Assembly (NCBI GenBank): GCA_048882045.1
Contig: JBHLRZ010000018.1
Coordinates: forward strand, 1,886-65,885
Origin: Candidatus Thorarchaeota archaeon
GTDB lineage: Archaea; Asgardarchaeota; Thorarchaeia; Thorarchaeales; Thorarchaeaceae
Reading direction: 5' to 3'
Length of the DNA: 64,000 nucleotides
Below the pieces are notes generated by a model that made no database searches, was not told where the DNA came from, and saw nothing but the letters and a program-made list of their open reading frames with translations. Position 1 is the stretch's first letter; every line of letters starts with the position of its first letter. Made by a program: the position numbers and the translations under genes. Positions 9,861-19,739 of the stretch are shown here, piece by piece.

Positions 9861-11162
9861 CTATTCAGAATTTTCTCGCTTCCTGATTAGTATAATGAGT
9901 ACAATCAAACTGATGATGATAGGGATTGACACCCCAACATAAAGGGGGGGAGGTGAGATAATAGTAGTAACACTGCTCGGAGGCACATCAGTTGTTGTAG
10001 AGATATAATCGATAGATGACCAATTGAGTCTGTTGGAATTCGCTGCAGGAACAAATTCTGCTAGATAAGCTCGTGATCGTTCAACATTCAAGACTCCATA
10101 TCCTGATTTCTCATCCCACCCGGTATCGAGAATGTCCCTAGCACCCCAAACAAGAGCATCTTCAATCTGAGCATTTGATGCCCAAGGGAACTGATTCCAA
10201 AGCAGAACTGCTGAAGCCGCAACTATTGGTGTTGAACAGGACGACCCTCCGAAGGTGCCATAGGCACCAGTGGTCTGCATATATGCAGGTATGCCGCCTG
10301 CGGGACCAACTAGAAATAACTTGTCCCCGTAACCACCTTCATTATAGGTTCCACTACTGTCAAATCGTCCAATAACTCGTACAAATGGTAATGACTGAGG
10401 AACATCTTTGGGATGTAATGGATAGAGAACATTATCACAACCAGCGAAGAAAAGTGCTTGTCCACTTTCATAAAGCTCTGTAACCTTATTCCGAAGTTGA
10501 ACCAAGAGAGGATCATCTGATTCAAGCAAGTAGACTGTTGCGAGAAAACTCATTGTAAAGACCATTCTCCCAAAGCTCGTGCCCCAATCGAATATGTCTA
10601 TCAATTTCTGGAGATATGTTTGATATGAAGTCACATCCTCAACAGGATAACTACCCCAAGGCCAAGCACTGTACAAAGGAGCGTTTACTATTCCAGCCAC
10701 ACCTAGATTATTATTGATTGTAGATGCTGCCACAGATGCTACTGCTGCTTCGTGAGAGCTTGAGCTCGAGGTGGGGTATGGCAAATACGAAGTGAGATTG
10801 CTAATCCAGGAAAAGCTGACCTTCTCAGTTATGTTCAGGTCTCCATTTTGATCATCAATGATTGCTTCTCCGATTATACATAGTCCCACTGCATCAGGAG
10901 AGTAGAAGGAATAACCGTAGTCCCACACACTATGGATTCCAATTGCATCCAGATGCCAAGGGTTACCTACAGGGTCGTTTGGTCTGAACCCCTGGACAAG
11001 AGGTAGATTTCCAAATGAGTGGATTGCAATCAAGAATATCGTTGCACAAGCAAGAACGATTGTTCGTGAGAAACATGACTTTGAGTTTGTATTCCTAATG
11101 TCCATCCTAACAACCCAGTTAGAAAAAATGAAACATGTATAGAAATTAAGAACACTCATCAC
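9861..11162 (-). CDS. Subtilisin-like (S8) serine peptidase homolog, membrane anchored (N-terminal signal, C-terminal TM)
   Basis: His-region SHEAAVASVAAS..NNLGVAGIVNAPLYS and Ser-region FGGSSCSTPIVAASAVLL resemble the subtilase motifs HGTHVAG and GTSMAAPHVAG. The Asp region is atypical. C-terminal TM followed by IRKRENSE. Confidence 0.6.
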   Translation of the reverse strand: MMSVLNFYTCFIFSNWVVRMDIRNTNSKSCFSRTIVLACATIFLIAIHSFGNLPLVQGFRPNDPVGNPWHLDAIGIHSVWDYGYSFYSPDAVGLCIIGEAIIDDQNGDLNITEKVSFSWISNLTSYLPYPTSSSSSHEAAVASVAASTINNNLGVAGIVNAPLYSAWPWGSYPVEDVTSYQTYLQKLIDIFDWGTSFGRMVFTMSFLATVYLLESDDPLLVQLRNKVTELYESGQALFFAGCDNVLYPLHPKDVPQSLPFVRVIGRFDSSGTYNEGGYGDKLFLVGPAGGIPAYMQTTGAYGTFGGSSCSTPIVAASAVLLWNQFPWASNAQIEDALVWGARDILDTGWDEKSGYGVLNVERSRAYLAEFVPAANSNRLNWSSIDYISTTTDVPPSSVTTIISPPPLYVGVSIPIIISLIVLIILIRKRENSE

Positions 11163-11192
11163 AGCAAGAGAAAGGATGAAAGGACATGGAGA

Positions 11193-11801
11193 TTAGCGAA
11201 CAATACCAATTCTTACTGTTGACACGAGTGCCTCTTTGACTTTATCCCATTGGAACTTCATGCCCGCTGTTACCAAGAGGTTTGAAAGACCCCCGATTGC
11301 GCTCACCAAAATGGTTGCAACACTGTTTGCATCAACATCCTTTCGAAATTCACCAGTTTGAATTCCCTCTATAATTGCGTCCTCCAACAGTTTGATTACA
11401 GCCAGTTGCTGTTGTTTATGCTGTTTCCTCATCTTTGGTAACCTTGAGGAAGCTAACTGAAACTCCAAATCCATACGACACATTTCCTCTGAAACATCAC
11501 AAATCGAGTCAAAGACCAAATCTGCAGCTTTCTCCAATTTTGCCAAGGCTGTAGGTTCTTGATCAATTACCGATTTTAGTTGGTTGTAGTTAATAGTGGC
11601 AAATTTCTTCTGCAGTTCAAGGAATAGAGTTTCCTTGCTGTCAAAATAACCATAGATAGCCCCTTTGCTAAACCCACTCTCTTCGACAATGTCATCCATA
11701 GATGTTTCATGGTATCCCTTCTTTGAGAACATGGAAAGGGCTGCTAACATAATCTTCTCTTTCATCATAGTCTTATATTCGTCAGAGACTTTTGGAGACA
11801 A
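11193..11801 (-). CDS. TetR/AcrR family transcriptional regulator
   Basis: N-terminal HTH: KEKIMLAALSMFSKKGYHETSMDDIVEESGFSKGAIYGYFDSKETLF. Length 202 aa. TTG start preceded by GAGGTG. Sits downstream of the MFS gene on the same strand. Confidence 0.85.
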   Translation of the reverse strand: MSPKVSDEYKTMMKEKIMLAALSMFSKKGYHETSMDDIVEESGFSKGAIYGYFDSKETLFLELQKKFATINYNQLKSVIDQEPTALAKLEKAADLVFDSICDVSEEMCRMDLEFQLASSRLPKMRKQHKQQQLAVIKLLEDAIIEGIQTGEFRKDVDANSVATILVSAIGGLSNLLVTAGMKFQWDKVKEALVSTVRIGIVR

Positions 11802-11825
11802 ATCAACACCTCACTTCATATGTAT

Positions 11826-11845
11826 AAAACTGACTAGTCGGTTTA
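11826..11845. promoter_or_regulatory. Palindromic operator-like site AAAACTGACTAGTCGGTTTA immediately upstream of tetR, overlapping a TATA-like box
   Basis: Near-perfect inverted repeat (8/10 per half-site). The identical 19-mer recurs at 13335..13353. Confidence 0.55.
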
Positions 11846-11911
11846 ATATAAATCTTCTGTCCAAGGAGGGAGTAATGCCCCTGACATCTCAGGGGCAACA
11901 AAATAAACACC

Positions 11912-13276
11912 TCAATCCCTCTTATGGTCAGATTTGATCTCACCCAGGGTCATGATAGACCTGTTCATGCCACCAAAGATTCCAACGATTGCAAGGAGAA
12001 TACCTCCAATGAGATACCATGCCTGTAAACCAAAGGCTTCTCCGATGGCGCCAGCGATTGCGAGTCCAATCGGAGTCATTGCAGGTCCAAGACTGATTAA
12101 GACTGTGAATACACGTCCTTGAATAGCAGGGGGCACAATTGATTGTACAACTGCCATTATCGAACCACTTGCTAGTGGAATCATCATGCCAGCAACGAAC
12201 ATACCGACTATTGCGATCTGAATCATGTTTGAAGGAGCAAGTCCAACCAACACGATACTCGCTGAACCAAAGAGAAGAGCGACTACTGCTGTAAGCATTC
12301 TTCGTTTGAAGCCACCCCAGACACCTAGTGTGACACCTCCAAGAACCATTCCAATGCCCATCATCGACTCTATCCAAGCAAGTTCGAAAGCTCCACCTGA
12401 AAAGTGAAGGAGAACCAAGAGAGGAGTCAATGCGAATGAGGGGACTAAAACGAAGTTCGCAAACATCAATGATATAGTGATGAACTTACCACCCTTCCAG
12501 TTCTTCATATATGAGAAACCTTCGACTATGTCCTTGATGACACCTGACGCACCATTCTTGAGCTTCGACTCAACTAATGATGGTTGGGGAACATGAATCA
12601 TTAACAGGGGCAATACAGCCATTGCAGCTGTTGCAACATCCACAAGGAGGATTAATTGCATGGGGAGGAATACCAGTAGCAGAGCTCCCAAAGCTGGTGC
12701 AGCTATTCTTGCCAGTCCTTGTAGGGTCTGATACAACCCATTCATTCTTGAAAGATGCTCCTCTGGAACCATCAATGATGCAGATGCCTGGAGAGCTGGC
12801 CATTGGAAGCTGCCAAGGGTTGATCGAATTGCCATGACAGCGAATACATGAATCAGATCAACCACTCCTAAGGACCAAAGCAGAGACAAGGCAACAATTG
12901 ACAGAGCTGATAGAGTGTCTGAAGCGATCATGACTCTTTTTCGATTCCACCTATCTACGAAGGCTCCTGCAAATGGACTGACCAATACTTGAGGCAGAAT
13001 GACCATCATTGTTGCCAATGAAAGCATGACTGCACTCCCAGTCGAATAAGTAAGCCACCAGACAAGTGAAAATTGAACGAGAGCACTTCCTACTAGCGAG
13101 AAAGCCTGTCCGCCAAAGATCTTCATGTAGTCGCGGGTTTGGTTCCGCTCCATATCTGGTTTCTCAAGAGTTTCCTGAACTGTCACCGATTCAGATGGAG
13201 GAACCAGGATTGTAGCCTGATGAGTGCTTAGTGAGGCACTATCAGTTTTTGTTTCAGTTTTTGAAAGTAGAGCCAA
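11912..13276 (-). CDS. MFS transporter (efflux-type, 12 TM)
   Basis: Polytopic hydrophobic profile typical of MFS. Same strand as, and upstream of, the TetR gene. The N-terminal ~50 aa are non-hydrophobic, so the start may be internal. Confidence 0.75.
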   Translation of the reverse strand: MALLSKTETKTDSASLSTHQATILVPPSESVTVQETLEKPDMERNQTRDYMKIFGGQAFSLVGSALVQFSLVWWLTYSTGSAVMLSLATMMVILPQVLVSPFAGAFVDRWNRKRVMIASDTLSALSIVALSLLWSLGVVDLIHVFAVMAIRSTLGSFQWPALQASASLMVPEEHLSRMNGLYQTLQGLARIAAPALGALLLVFLPMQLILLVDVATAAMAVLPLLMIHVPQPSLVESKLKNGASGVIKDIVEGFSYMKNWKGGKFITISLMFANFVLVPSFALTPLLVLLHFSGGAFELAWIESMMGIGMVLGGVTLGVWGGFKRRMLTAVVALLFGSASIVLVGLAPSNMIQIAIVGMFVAGMMIPLASGSIMAVVQSIVPPAIQGRVFTVLISLGPAMTPIGLAIAGAIGEAFGLQAWYLIGGILLAIVGIFGGMNRSIMTLGEIKSDHKRD

Positions 13277-13301
13277 TTTTGTTTTCTTCCTTCGAATTAT
13301 T

Positions 13302-13353
13302 AAAACCGACTGGGCGGTTTTTATTATTAAAATAAACTGACTAGTCGGTTTAT
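13302..13353. promoter_or_regulatory. Two operator-like palindromes (AAAACCGACTGGGCGGTTT and AAACTGACTAGTCGGTTTA) in the divergent MFS/Lrp promoter region
   Basis: The second is identical to the site at 11826..11845. The first matches at 16/20 positions. A TTTATAAA box follows directly. Confidence 0.55.
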
Positions 13354-13448
13354 AAATGTTGCGTTTACCGTTAGAATCAGAATTTTGGTGTTCAGAGTTG
13401 GAACGTAATGGTTATTTCATGGAACATCTTCGTTGCGAAGGTTATACT

Positions 13449-14366
13449 ATGGATCTAGTAGACAAGAATCTCCTAACTGAGCTAACAAGAAACTGTAGAA
13501 CTTCATACCAGAATCTTAGCGTTAAGTTTGGTTTTACAGCCAATGCTGTAAGAAAACGAATTGAGAAGCTCATAGAGAATGGTACGCTTTATTCGTTCAC
13601 AATTCGACCAGCATTGAATTCAATGGATGCGAATATAGCCTTGACACTCATTGAAACAGATGGCAATGAATCAGCTGCAGAGTTCTTGAATTCGCTTGGC
13701 GAAAATGAGATGGTCGGAGAAGTCAATCCCATCGCTACCAGAGAGAGAGGTTATTACTTGGTCCTATCAGATTACATTGGGGCAGAAGGAATCATCAACC
13801 TTGGTGCTTTCTTCAGAAGGCTGAATCATGTTGAAAGAGTGACTATGCATCAAGTAGTAACGGATCAGTTTTACCATGGCAAGTTCGTTGAATTCAAACC
13901 ACTAGAGCTAAGAGTGATGAAGCATCTAATCGAAGATGCTAGGATGCCAATTAGCGAGTTAGCAGAGAGAGCGAATCTGACAGCACGTAGAGTTCGAAAC
14001 GTAATATCAAAGCTAGAAGAAGATCAAGGACTGATATTCACAATACGATGGAATACGGCAGCTGCTGGTGCTGTCAGGTTCTTTCTTGCGATCGATTACG
14101 ATTCGAAGAAGTCAGACTACGAAGTTGTGGTTAACTGGCTCCAGAAGGACTATCAAAAGGAGTTCTGGCTTTACTGGATTTCGACAAGTGAACCAATAAT
14201 CTTTGCGAGTTTTACAGTAGATTCAATTGAAGAAGCCAGAGGAATATCAATCGAGGTACAAGAGAATTCGATGGTAAAATCAGTTGGAACCTGGCTATGT
14301 TATCCACCTAGTAAATTCAAAACTTTCCCAGAGGTGTGGTTGGAAAGGCTGCTTGTTAAAGCATGA
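13449..14366 (+). CDS. Fused tandem Lrp/AsnC-family transcriptional regulator (two HTH + RAM units)
   Basis: First unit: MDLVDKNLLTELTRNCRTSYQNLSVKFGFTANAVRKRIEKLIENG. Second unit: LELRVMKHLIEDARMPISELAERANLTARRVRNVISKLEED. The ORF is open from 13356, but a TATA-like element overlaps that ATG, so 13449 (or 13419) is the more likely start. Confidence 0.7.
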   Translation: MDLVDKNLLTELTRNCRTSYQNLSVKFGFTANAVRKRIEKLIENGTLYSFTIRPALNSMDANIALTLIETDGNESAAEFLNSLGENEMVGEVNPIATRERGYYLVLSDYIGAEGIINLGAFFRRLNHVERVTMHQVVTDQFYHGKFVEFKPLELRVMKHLIEDARMPISELAERANLTARRVRNVISKLEEDQGLIFTIRWNTAAAGAVRFFLAIDYDSKKSDYEVVVNWLQKDYQKEFWLYWISTSEPIIFASFTVDSIEEARGISIEVQENSMVKSVGTWLCYPPSKFKTFPEVWLERLLVKA

Positions 14367-14492
14367 TGGAGATAATGAGTCCTAAACCATCCTTTGAATC
14401 TTCGAAGATGGTGAAACTGAGCAAAACTGCACAATCTGAAAGTTCTTTAGTTGGACATAATCAGCCCGTTGATTCAAGGACAGTAAACCAAA

Positions 14493-15770
14493 TTGATTGA
14501 AGAGGATCAAGAATTTACAGACGAGATCACTTCCAATTCAAAATACGAGGGGAGTGTTACCACTGTACTCAATCTCTCACTAGTGACATTTCTTATTCTT
14601 CTTGGTCTAAGTATGGTTGCCCCTATTCTTCCCACCTATGCGGAGAGCTTCCAAGTTTCGTACACGCTTGTGGGATTTGTTGTATCATCCTTTGCTGTCA
14701 CGCGTATGATCCTCGATATGCCAGCAGGTCTTCTCTCAAGAAGATTCGAAAAAAGGAGAATCATGATTACCGGCCTAGTGCTCCTTTCAACTTCTTCGGT
14801 TATTGCTGGTCTAGCCCCCGATTATATCACATTAGTAATTGCTAGATTGATTGAGGGGGCTGGTTCAGCTCTGTACGTAACAACAGCAACAGTGTATCTG
14901 GCTCAAATATCAGGAGAGAAAAAAAGAGGGCAATGGATGAGTCTCTATATGGGTATGCTTCTTCTTGGAGCTATCTTTGGACCCACCTTTGGAGGGATTC
15001 TTGCTGATGCTTATGACATTCGTGCACCATTTCTTGCCTATGCTGCAATCACAGGTCTTGCAGTGATTCCTACATTGATTTTACCAAATCTATCGAATTC
15101 GGGAAACACATCTGCACCTTTGCAGCTTGGAGAGATTCTTCGAGATATGCGGCAGGTCCTATCCAATTCCTCATTTCTCCTAGTTACATTTGCTGTCTTT
15201 ACGATGTTCTTTCTCCGTACAGGTGTGAGGAGCACACTAGTACCTCTATTCGCTGCAAACAACCTTGGACTAGACGCGGCGGCAATTGGACTTATTCTCA
15301 CAATTGGAGGTATAACAACTGCTCTTACAATCACACCTATGGGAAGTATTTCCGACAGAATAGGTAGAAAGACACCCCTTGCTTTTTGTCTCGTTTTATC
15401 TGCTGGAATAACCCTTCTCATTCCTTTCTCTACTGATATATTCATTCTATCAATAACAATTGGAATATACGGAGCTGTCATTGGTCTACAAGGTCCAAGT
15501 GCAGCCTATGTGACTGATCTTTCTCCCCAAGACAAATTGGAGATATCAATGGGACTCTATCGGATGATAAGCGATTTGGGATTTGTAATAGGCCCGCTTC
15601 TGCTCGGATATATAGCAGACTTGACTGCTATCCCAGTGGAAGGAGCATCACATTCAGGATTGATCACTGTAGTCCCCTTCATTGTGGTTTCAATCATTCT
15701 CATTCTTGCATTCTTTGCACTCATGAAAGCAGACGATCCAGTAAGACATAGAAACAAGACTGAAGGGTGA
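14493..15770 (+). CDS. MFS transporter
   Basis: 425 aa, about 12 TM. MFS-like loop motifs (GLLSRRFEKRRIM; DRIGRKTP). TTG start. Confidence 0.75.
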   Translation: MIEEDQEFTDEITSNSKYEGSVTTVLNLSLVTFLILLGLSMVAPILPTYAESFQVSYTLVGFVVSSFAVTRMILDMPAGLLSRRFEKRRIMITGLVLLSTSSVIAGLAPDYITLVIARLIEGAGSALYVTTATVYLAQISGEKKRGQWMSLYMGMLLLGAIFGPTFGGILADAYDIRAPFLAYAAITGLAVIPTLILPNLSNSGNTSAPLQLGEILRDMRQVLSNSSFLLVTFAVFTMFFLRTGVRSTLVPLFAANNLGLDAAAIGLILTIGGITTALTITPMGSISDRIGRKTPLAFCLVLSAGITLLIPFSTDIFILSITIGIYGAVIGLQGPSAAYVTDLSPQDKLEISMGLYRMISDLGFVIGPLLLGYIADLTAIPVEGASHSGLITVVPFIVVSIILILAFFALMKADDPVRHRNKTEG

Positions 15771-15845
15771 GTTGATGCAACCCCGTTAAGGAAGATGATA
15801 TAGCCGCTTGACTTCAATTTATATCATCAAGATATTTAGAACGCA

Positions 15846-17729
15846 GTGTCTGTGGGGTCAATGAATAATAAAGTCACTCTGTCCATAACAGTACTTGTTT
15901 TGACAGCATTCTTCTCCAGCATAACTGCACTTCTTTTCACAGTAGGACCCCAATACCCAGAGAGGATGTTTCAACCAGATCCCACTTCAGGCGAGTATGA
16001 TACGAGCTTTTGGAATCTCACGGAAGCAAGATCAGGTCCCCTCAACCTCAATAATATTTCAACAGTCATAGAGGATTACTATTGGCAAAATCAAACAATA
16101 CCATTGGAAGAGTGGCATTTTAGCTATGAGAGCGAGAAATACAGAGGGAACATCGTTAGAATCAACTCAGTGATTTTGAGAAGAGAGAACATTACTACAC
16201 CCTCACCGACCATTTTGTATCTCCATGGATATGGAGGTGAATATCAGGACTATATGGAATTATTTCGAGAGCTTGCTTCGCAAGGGTATATTGTGATGGG
16301 CATTGATCATCCGGGAAGAGGAGGGTCAACCGGTATCCCAGAGCTGACGCCCTACACATTTCTGAATGTAACAGACGGCCCCCAAGATTCGAATCTCTAT
16401 CATTCTGTTTGGGCAGGAGCTCGGGCGATAACATTACTCGAGTTAATTTCCTTTGTCAATAATAGTGCAATAGTCGTTTCAGGAGATTCGATGGGTGCTT
16501 GGACCACTCTTATAGTTTCAGCGATAGATTCACGGATAGATGGAGTGATTCCAATTATTGGAGCTGGAAATCTCATGAATTCCATAATATCAGGATCACT
16601 GATCAACAGTGTCATTGAACCTTCATACGCTTTTGACTCAACAGAGATGCAGAATATCATCAGGTGGTTTGATCCTATTGCTTATGCGAGAAACCTTACT
16701 CAACCGACACTAATGCTCTTCGGCTCCAATGACGACTTCTTCCCAATCATCTCAATGCAAGACACAATAGAAGTAATCAGTGCACCGCTCACACTGAGAG
16801 TAATCCCAAATTGGGGACACGCAATCTATGGGTCATTCTATGTTAATATCGAAAGCTGGATGGAGAGTCTTTTCCATAACGGAACTAAACTTTCAACCTT
16901 TGATGTTCGCTTCAATGAAACCTTATCGCTTCAAGGAGGGCTCGTTTCTATAAGTGCAAATACAACCTCTTCGAATAGAGCCTGGGTGTGTTGGCGTTCA
17001 GGCGAACCAGGAGCTGTGTGGCTAGTTGCAGAGATGACGCAAACGATTCAAGGAGATGTTCAGACCTACTCAGTTGATATTGCGCCACTCACCATTGGAA
17101 AAGTCACGTTCTTTGTGGTTGTGGAATTGGAGAACTCAATCATTCTTTCATCTTCAATCATGACCACCAGTGCAGGATTGATACTATTTCCAGCCCTCTT
17201 AGTTCTTTCAGGACTTTCACTTTTTGTTTTGATTAAAATAGGTGAGTGGAAACCCACGACACAAAATCTTGTACGAGAAGTACCGTATATGATTGGTATA
17301 TTCATGCTTGGCTTGGGATTTGTCCTACCGTTCATAGTCATTGAAGATAGAACTACTTTGTCTGTCCTGCAAATATTGGAGATGTATGGAAATTCATTCT
17401 TCTTGGCAGGATGGTTCCTGCCAAGTTTCATGGCTAGTGTCTGTTTTGTACTCGCGTTATCTGCATACAGACATCAGTTCCAATTTAGAGTTGCAGGAAT
17501 GCTCTGGACACCAGTCCTTGTGATATTGATCATCCTGTTCCTAATCTTATTTGGGATATTCGGATTTTTTGGAAGCATAATCCTCGTCAATTTGGGACTA
17601 GGAGGACCTATATTTTTGGCAGGAATTATTCTGATGCAACTTCTAGATAAGACTGTCAGAAGCAGATTGGAAAAGAGACTAGAGAATCTAATCGAGTTCG
17701 TAGAAGAGCTTTCAGAATCAATACCTTGA
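15846..17729 (+). CDS. Alpha/beta-hydrolase fold protein with N-terminal signal anchor and C-terminal polytopic membrane domain
   Basis: Nucleophile elbow VSGDSMGAW (G-x-S-x-G), HPGRGGSTG, and a His in NWGHAIYG. The C-terminal ~200 aa carry several TM helices. Confidence 0.65.
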   Translation: MSVGSMNNKVTLSITVLVLTAFFSSITALLFTVGPQYPERMFQPDPTSGEYDTSFWNLTEARSGPLNLNNISTVIEDYYWQNQTIPLEEWHFSYESEKYRGNIVRINSVILRRENITTPSPTILYLHGYGGEYQDYMELFRELASQGYIVMGIDHPGRGGSTGIPELTPYTFLNVTDGPQDSNLYHSVWAGARAITLLELISFVNNSAIVVSGDSMGAWTTLIVSAIDSRIDGVIPIIGAGNLMNSIISGSLINSVIEPSYAFDSTEMQNIIRWFDPIAYARNLTQPTLMLFGSNDDFFPIISMQDTIEVISAPLTLRVIPNWGHAIYGSFYVNIESWMESLFHNGTKLSTFDVRFNETLSLQGGLVSISANTTSSNRAWVCWRSGEPGAVWLVAEMTQTIQGDVQTYSVDIAPLTIGKVTFFVVVELENSIILSSSIMTTSAGLILFPALLVLSGLSLFVLIKIGEWKPTTQNLVREVPYMIGIFMLGLGFVLPFIVIEDRTTLSVLQILEMYGNSFFLAGWFLPSFMASVCFVLALSAYRHQFQFRVAGMLWTPVLVILIILFLILFGIFGFFGSIILVNLGLGGPIFLAGIILMQLLDKTVRSRLEKRLENLIEFVEELSESIP

Positions 17730-18986
17730 AACACGATGATACAGTACATAGAGAACGACTAACCAAATAGGATTGACAGGATCGAATCCAAGCAATAGGT
17801 AATGGAGAAGTATTCCAATTGTGAAGAACGCTAGTAGATTATTGGATCCGGACCAGAGATAATCCATTGTTCGATTATCATACTTAGACGTGTATAAGTC
17901 AAGCATTGATGGAGCCAGAAACGCATACCAGACTGCTAGAAATAGGAACCATGAGTCTGGATACACTAGAAGAATCAGGAAGGTCATATCTGCGAAGTGA
18001 TGAAGATAATCCTTCTCTCCTGATGGAGCTCTTACAAACTTAGCATAACTTCTCAAGAAAATGAAGCCACCTAGGATTAGGATGATGCTAATTTGGAGAA
18101 TGAACACGTCTGTTAATGGTATAAATGCCAAGATGAGTTTGGTTAGACTGGTACTATGTTGTCCTGTTAGATCCTCGAATAGATTCACTTGGATTAGTTC
18201 ACCTAATGCTTCTGGATAGACAATGAAAAACAGGATGTTGGGGACCATAGTGAGTAGAAAACCGACCAGTATTCCCGTGCATTGCTTGATTGGGATGGAG
18301 AAATGAAAGCGATCTTTCAGCGTTAGTGGAAATAGGAATGGGAAGAACAAAAGGAAGAAGGGTTTCAGAGTTATAGATAATCCAATTAGCGCACCTATGA
18401 GAAGAAAGTCTTTCCATTCTTTTCTTGTAGAAGTTTGAAGGAGAAAAAGTGCGAGCAGACTGAAGAGAATTGCGAGTTGAGTGATCTGCCCAAAAATGAT
18501 ATTGATGATATGTTGAGGTGCAATAAACACAAACAGAAGTGTCTTCTCAAAGTTCTTTGTCGTTGTTGTTACCCCTCTTTGGAAACTTATTTGGTAAACG
18601 AGATAGACAATTCCAAAATTGCAGAGCATCATGAAAGTGATATTGACCAAATAGAGACTGACCATTGGAACAACGACAAACAGCGCTGTGAACATTGCAA
18701 AGGATGGGAAATATCTGAAGGGCAGTCCATTGGGATTGACCAAATAGATGTCTGCTGGTGAATTCACAAACTTCTGACCTGCCTCATAGAAAACCCGAAA
18801 ATCAACAGTGAAGACTGTATCGAGGTATGTTCCTTGGAGAAGGAAGAAAGCAAATCCGGATAGAACACTAATATAATAGATCAGATTGAAAGCCAGACCT
18901 ACTTTCATCAGACGAGAATTTCTGAAGTATTCTATGAAGGAGGGATTGCCATCTAACTCCTGAGTCACCAGATTGGAACACCCCAC
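17718..18986 (-). CDS. Polytopic integral membrane protein (unknown function)
   Basis: 422 aa with more than 10 predicted TM segments. Overlaps the upstream gene by 22 nt, suggesting an operon. Confidence 0.5.
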   Translation of the reverse strand: MGCSNLVTQELDGNPSFIEYFRNSRLMKVGLAFNLIYYISVLSGFAFFLLQGTYLDTVFTVDFRVFYEAGQKFVNSPADIYLVNPNGLPFRYFPSFAMFTALFVVVPMVSLYLVNITFMMLCNFGIVYLVYQISFQRGVTTTTKNFEKTLLFVFIAPQHIINIIFGQITQLAILFSLLALFLLQTSTRKEWKDFLLIGALIGLSITLKPFFLLFFPFLFPLTLKDRFHFSIPIKQCTGILVGFLLTMVPNILFFIVYPEALGELIQVNLFEDLTGQHSTSLTKLILAFIPLTDVFILQISIILILGGFIFLRSYAKFVRAPSGEKDYLHHFADMTFLILLVYPDSWFLFLAVWYAFLAPSMLDLYTSKYDNRTMDYLWSGSNNLLAFFTIGILLHYLLLGFDPVNPIWLVVLYVLYHRVSRY

Positions 18987-19510
18987 AAAATAGCTTCAGC
19001 AACCAGAAGCGATAAGCCTGAGCCAATTAGGAGGCCAATCACGATAATAGCCTGTGGCCACTTATAGCGCTCGGTCCACCTAGCATCAACAAGAAAGAAT
19101 GGTAAAAACAATCCAATCACAACCATTGTCATCAGGATGAGATTGGGAGCTTGGATATAGTTACGTGCATCCATTAGGATCATATAGATAGCAACAACAA
19201 CAACGGGGGGGTGCAGGGTGCTTCTTTCAATAATACCCCATATTCGGTTAGTTTTCCAATGATCCTGATGGTTGATTCGTCGAAAGAAATTGATGTCCCA
19301 TACTGAGGTTACTACGAGAATTGGAAATGCTACCATGACCATAACATTGAATGGCCAGAATCCTAGATTAAAGACAAGAGCGAAACAAGTGTAGTAGGAG
19401 AAGAAGCGACTGAAATATCTGCGTCTGAACTGAAGATCCTCTGCTAGTTTGAACTCAACAATCCATATCCGAAAAATGAGAAAGACGATCCCCAAAAAGA
19501 GAGTGAACAC
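18965..19510 (-). CDS. Small integral membrane protein (5-6 TM)
   Basis: 181-aa hydrophobic ORF on the same strand as, and overlapping, 17718..18986. Confidence 0.45.
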   Translation of the reverse strand: MFTLFLGIVFLIFRIWIVEFKLAEDLQFRRRYFSRFFSYYTCFALVFNLGFWPFNVMVMVAFPILVVTSVWDINFFRRINHQDHWKTNRIWGIIERSTLHPPVVVVAIYMILMDARNYIQAPNLILMTMVVIGLFLPFFLVDARWTERYKWPQAIIVIGLLIGSGLSLLVAEAILWGVPIW

Positions 19511-19739
19511 TTCTGTATACCTCGATATTCTTAGCTGATAAATTCATTCAATAATTAAAGGCTTCTGGAACCAAGTGGGACATAGGTTTCCTCTCCAGGG
19601 CTTTTAATAACGTACTCTTCATGATGCAAGCTACTTCAGAGAGGATGCTTAGCAGACCTGTTTATATAAATTATCACCTATCAATATCGTTATATTTCGA
19701 TAGTATTCCAATTCGCAGACTCGTGAAAATGCGTTCCTG

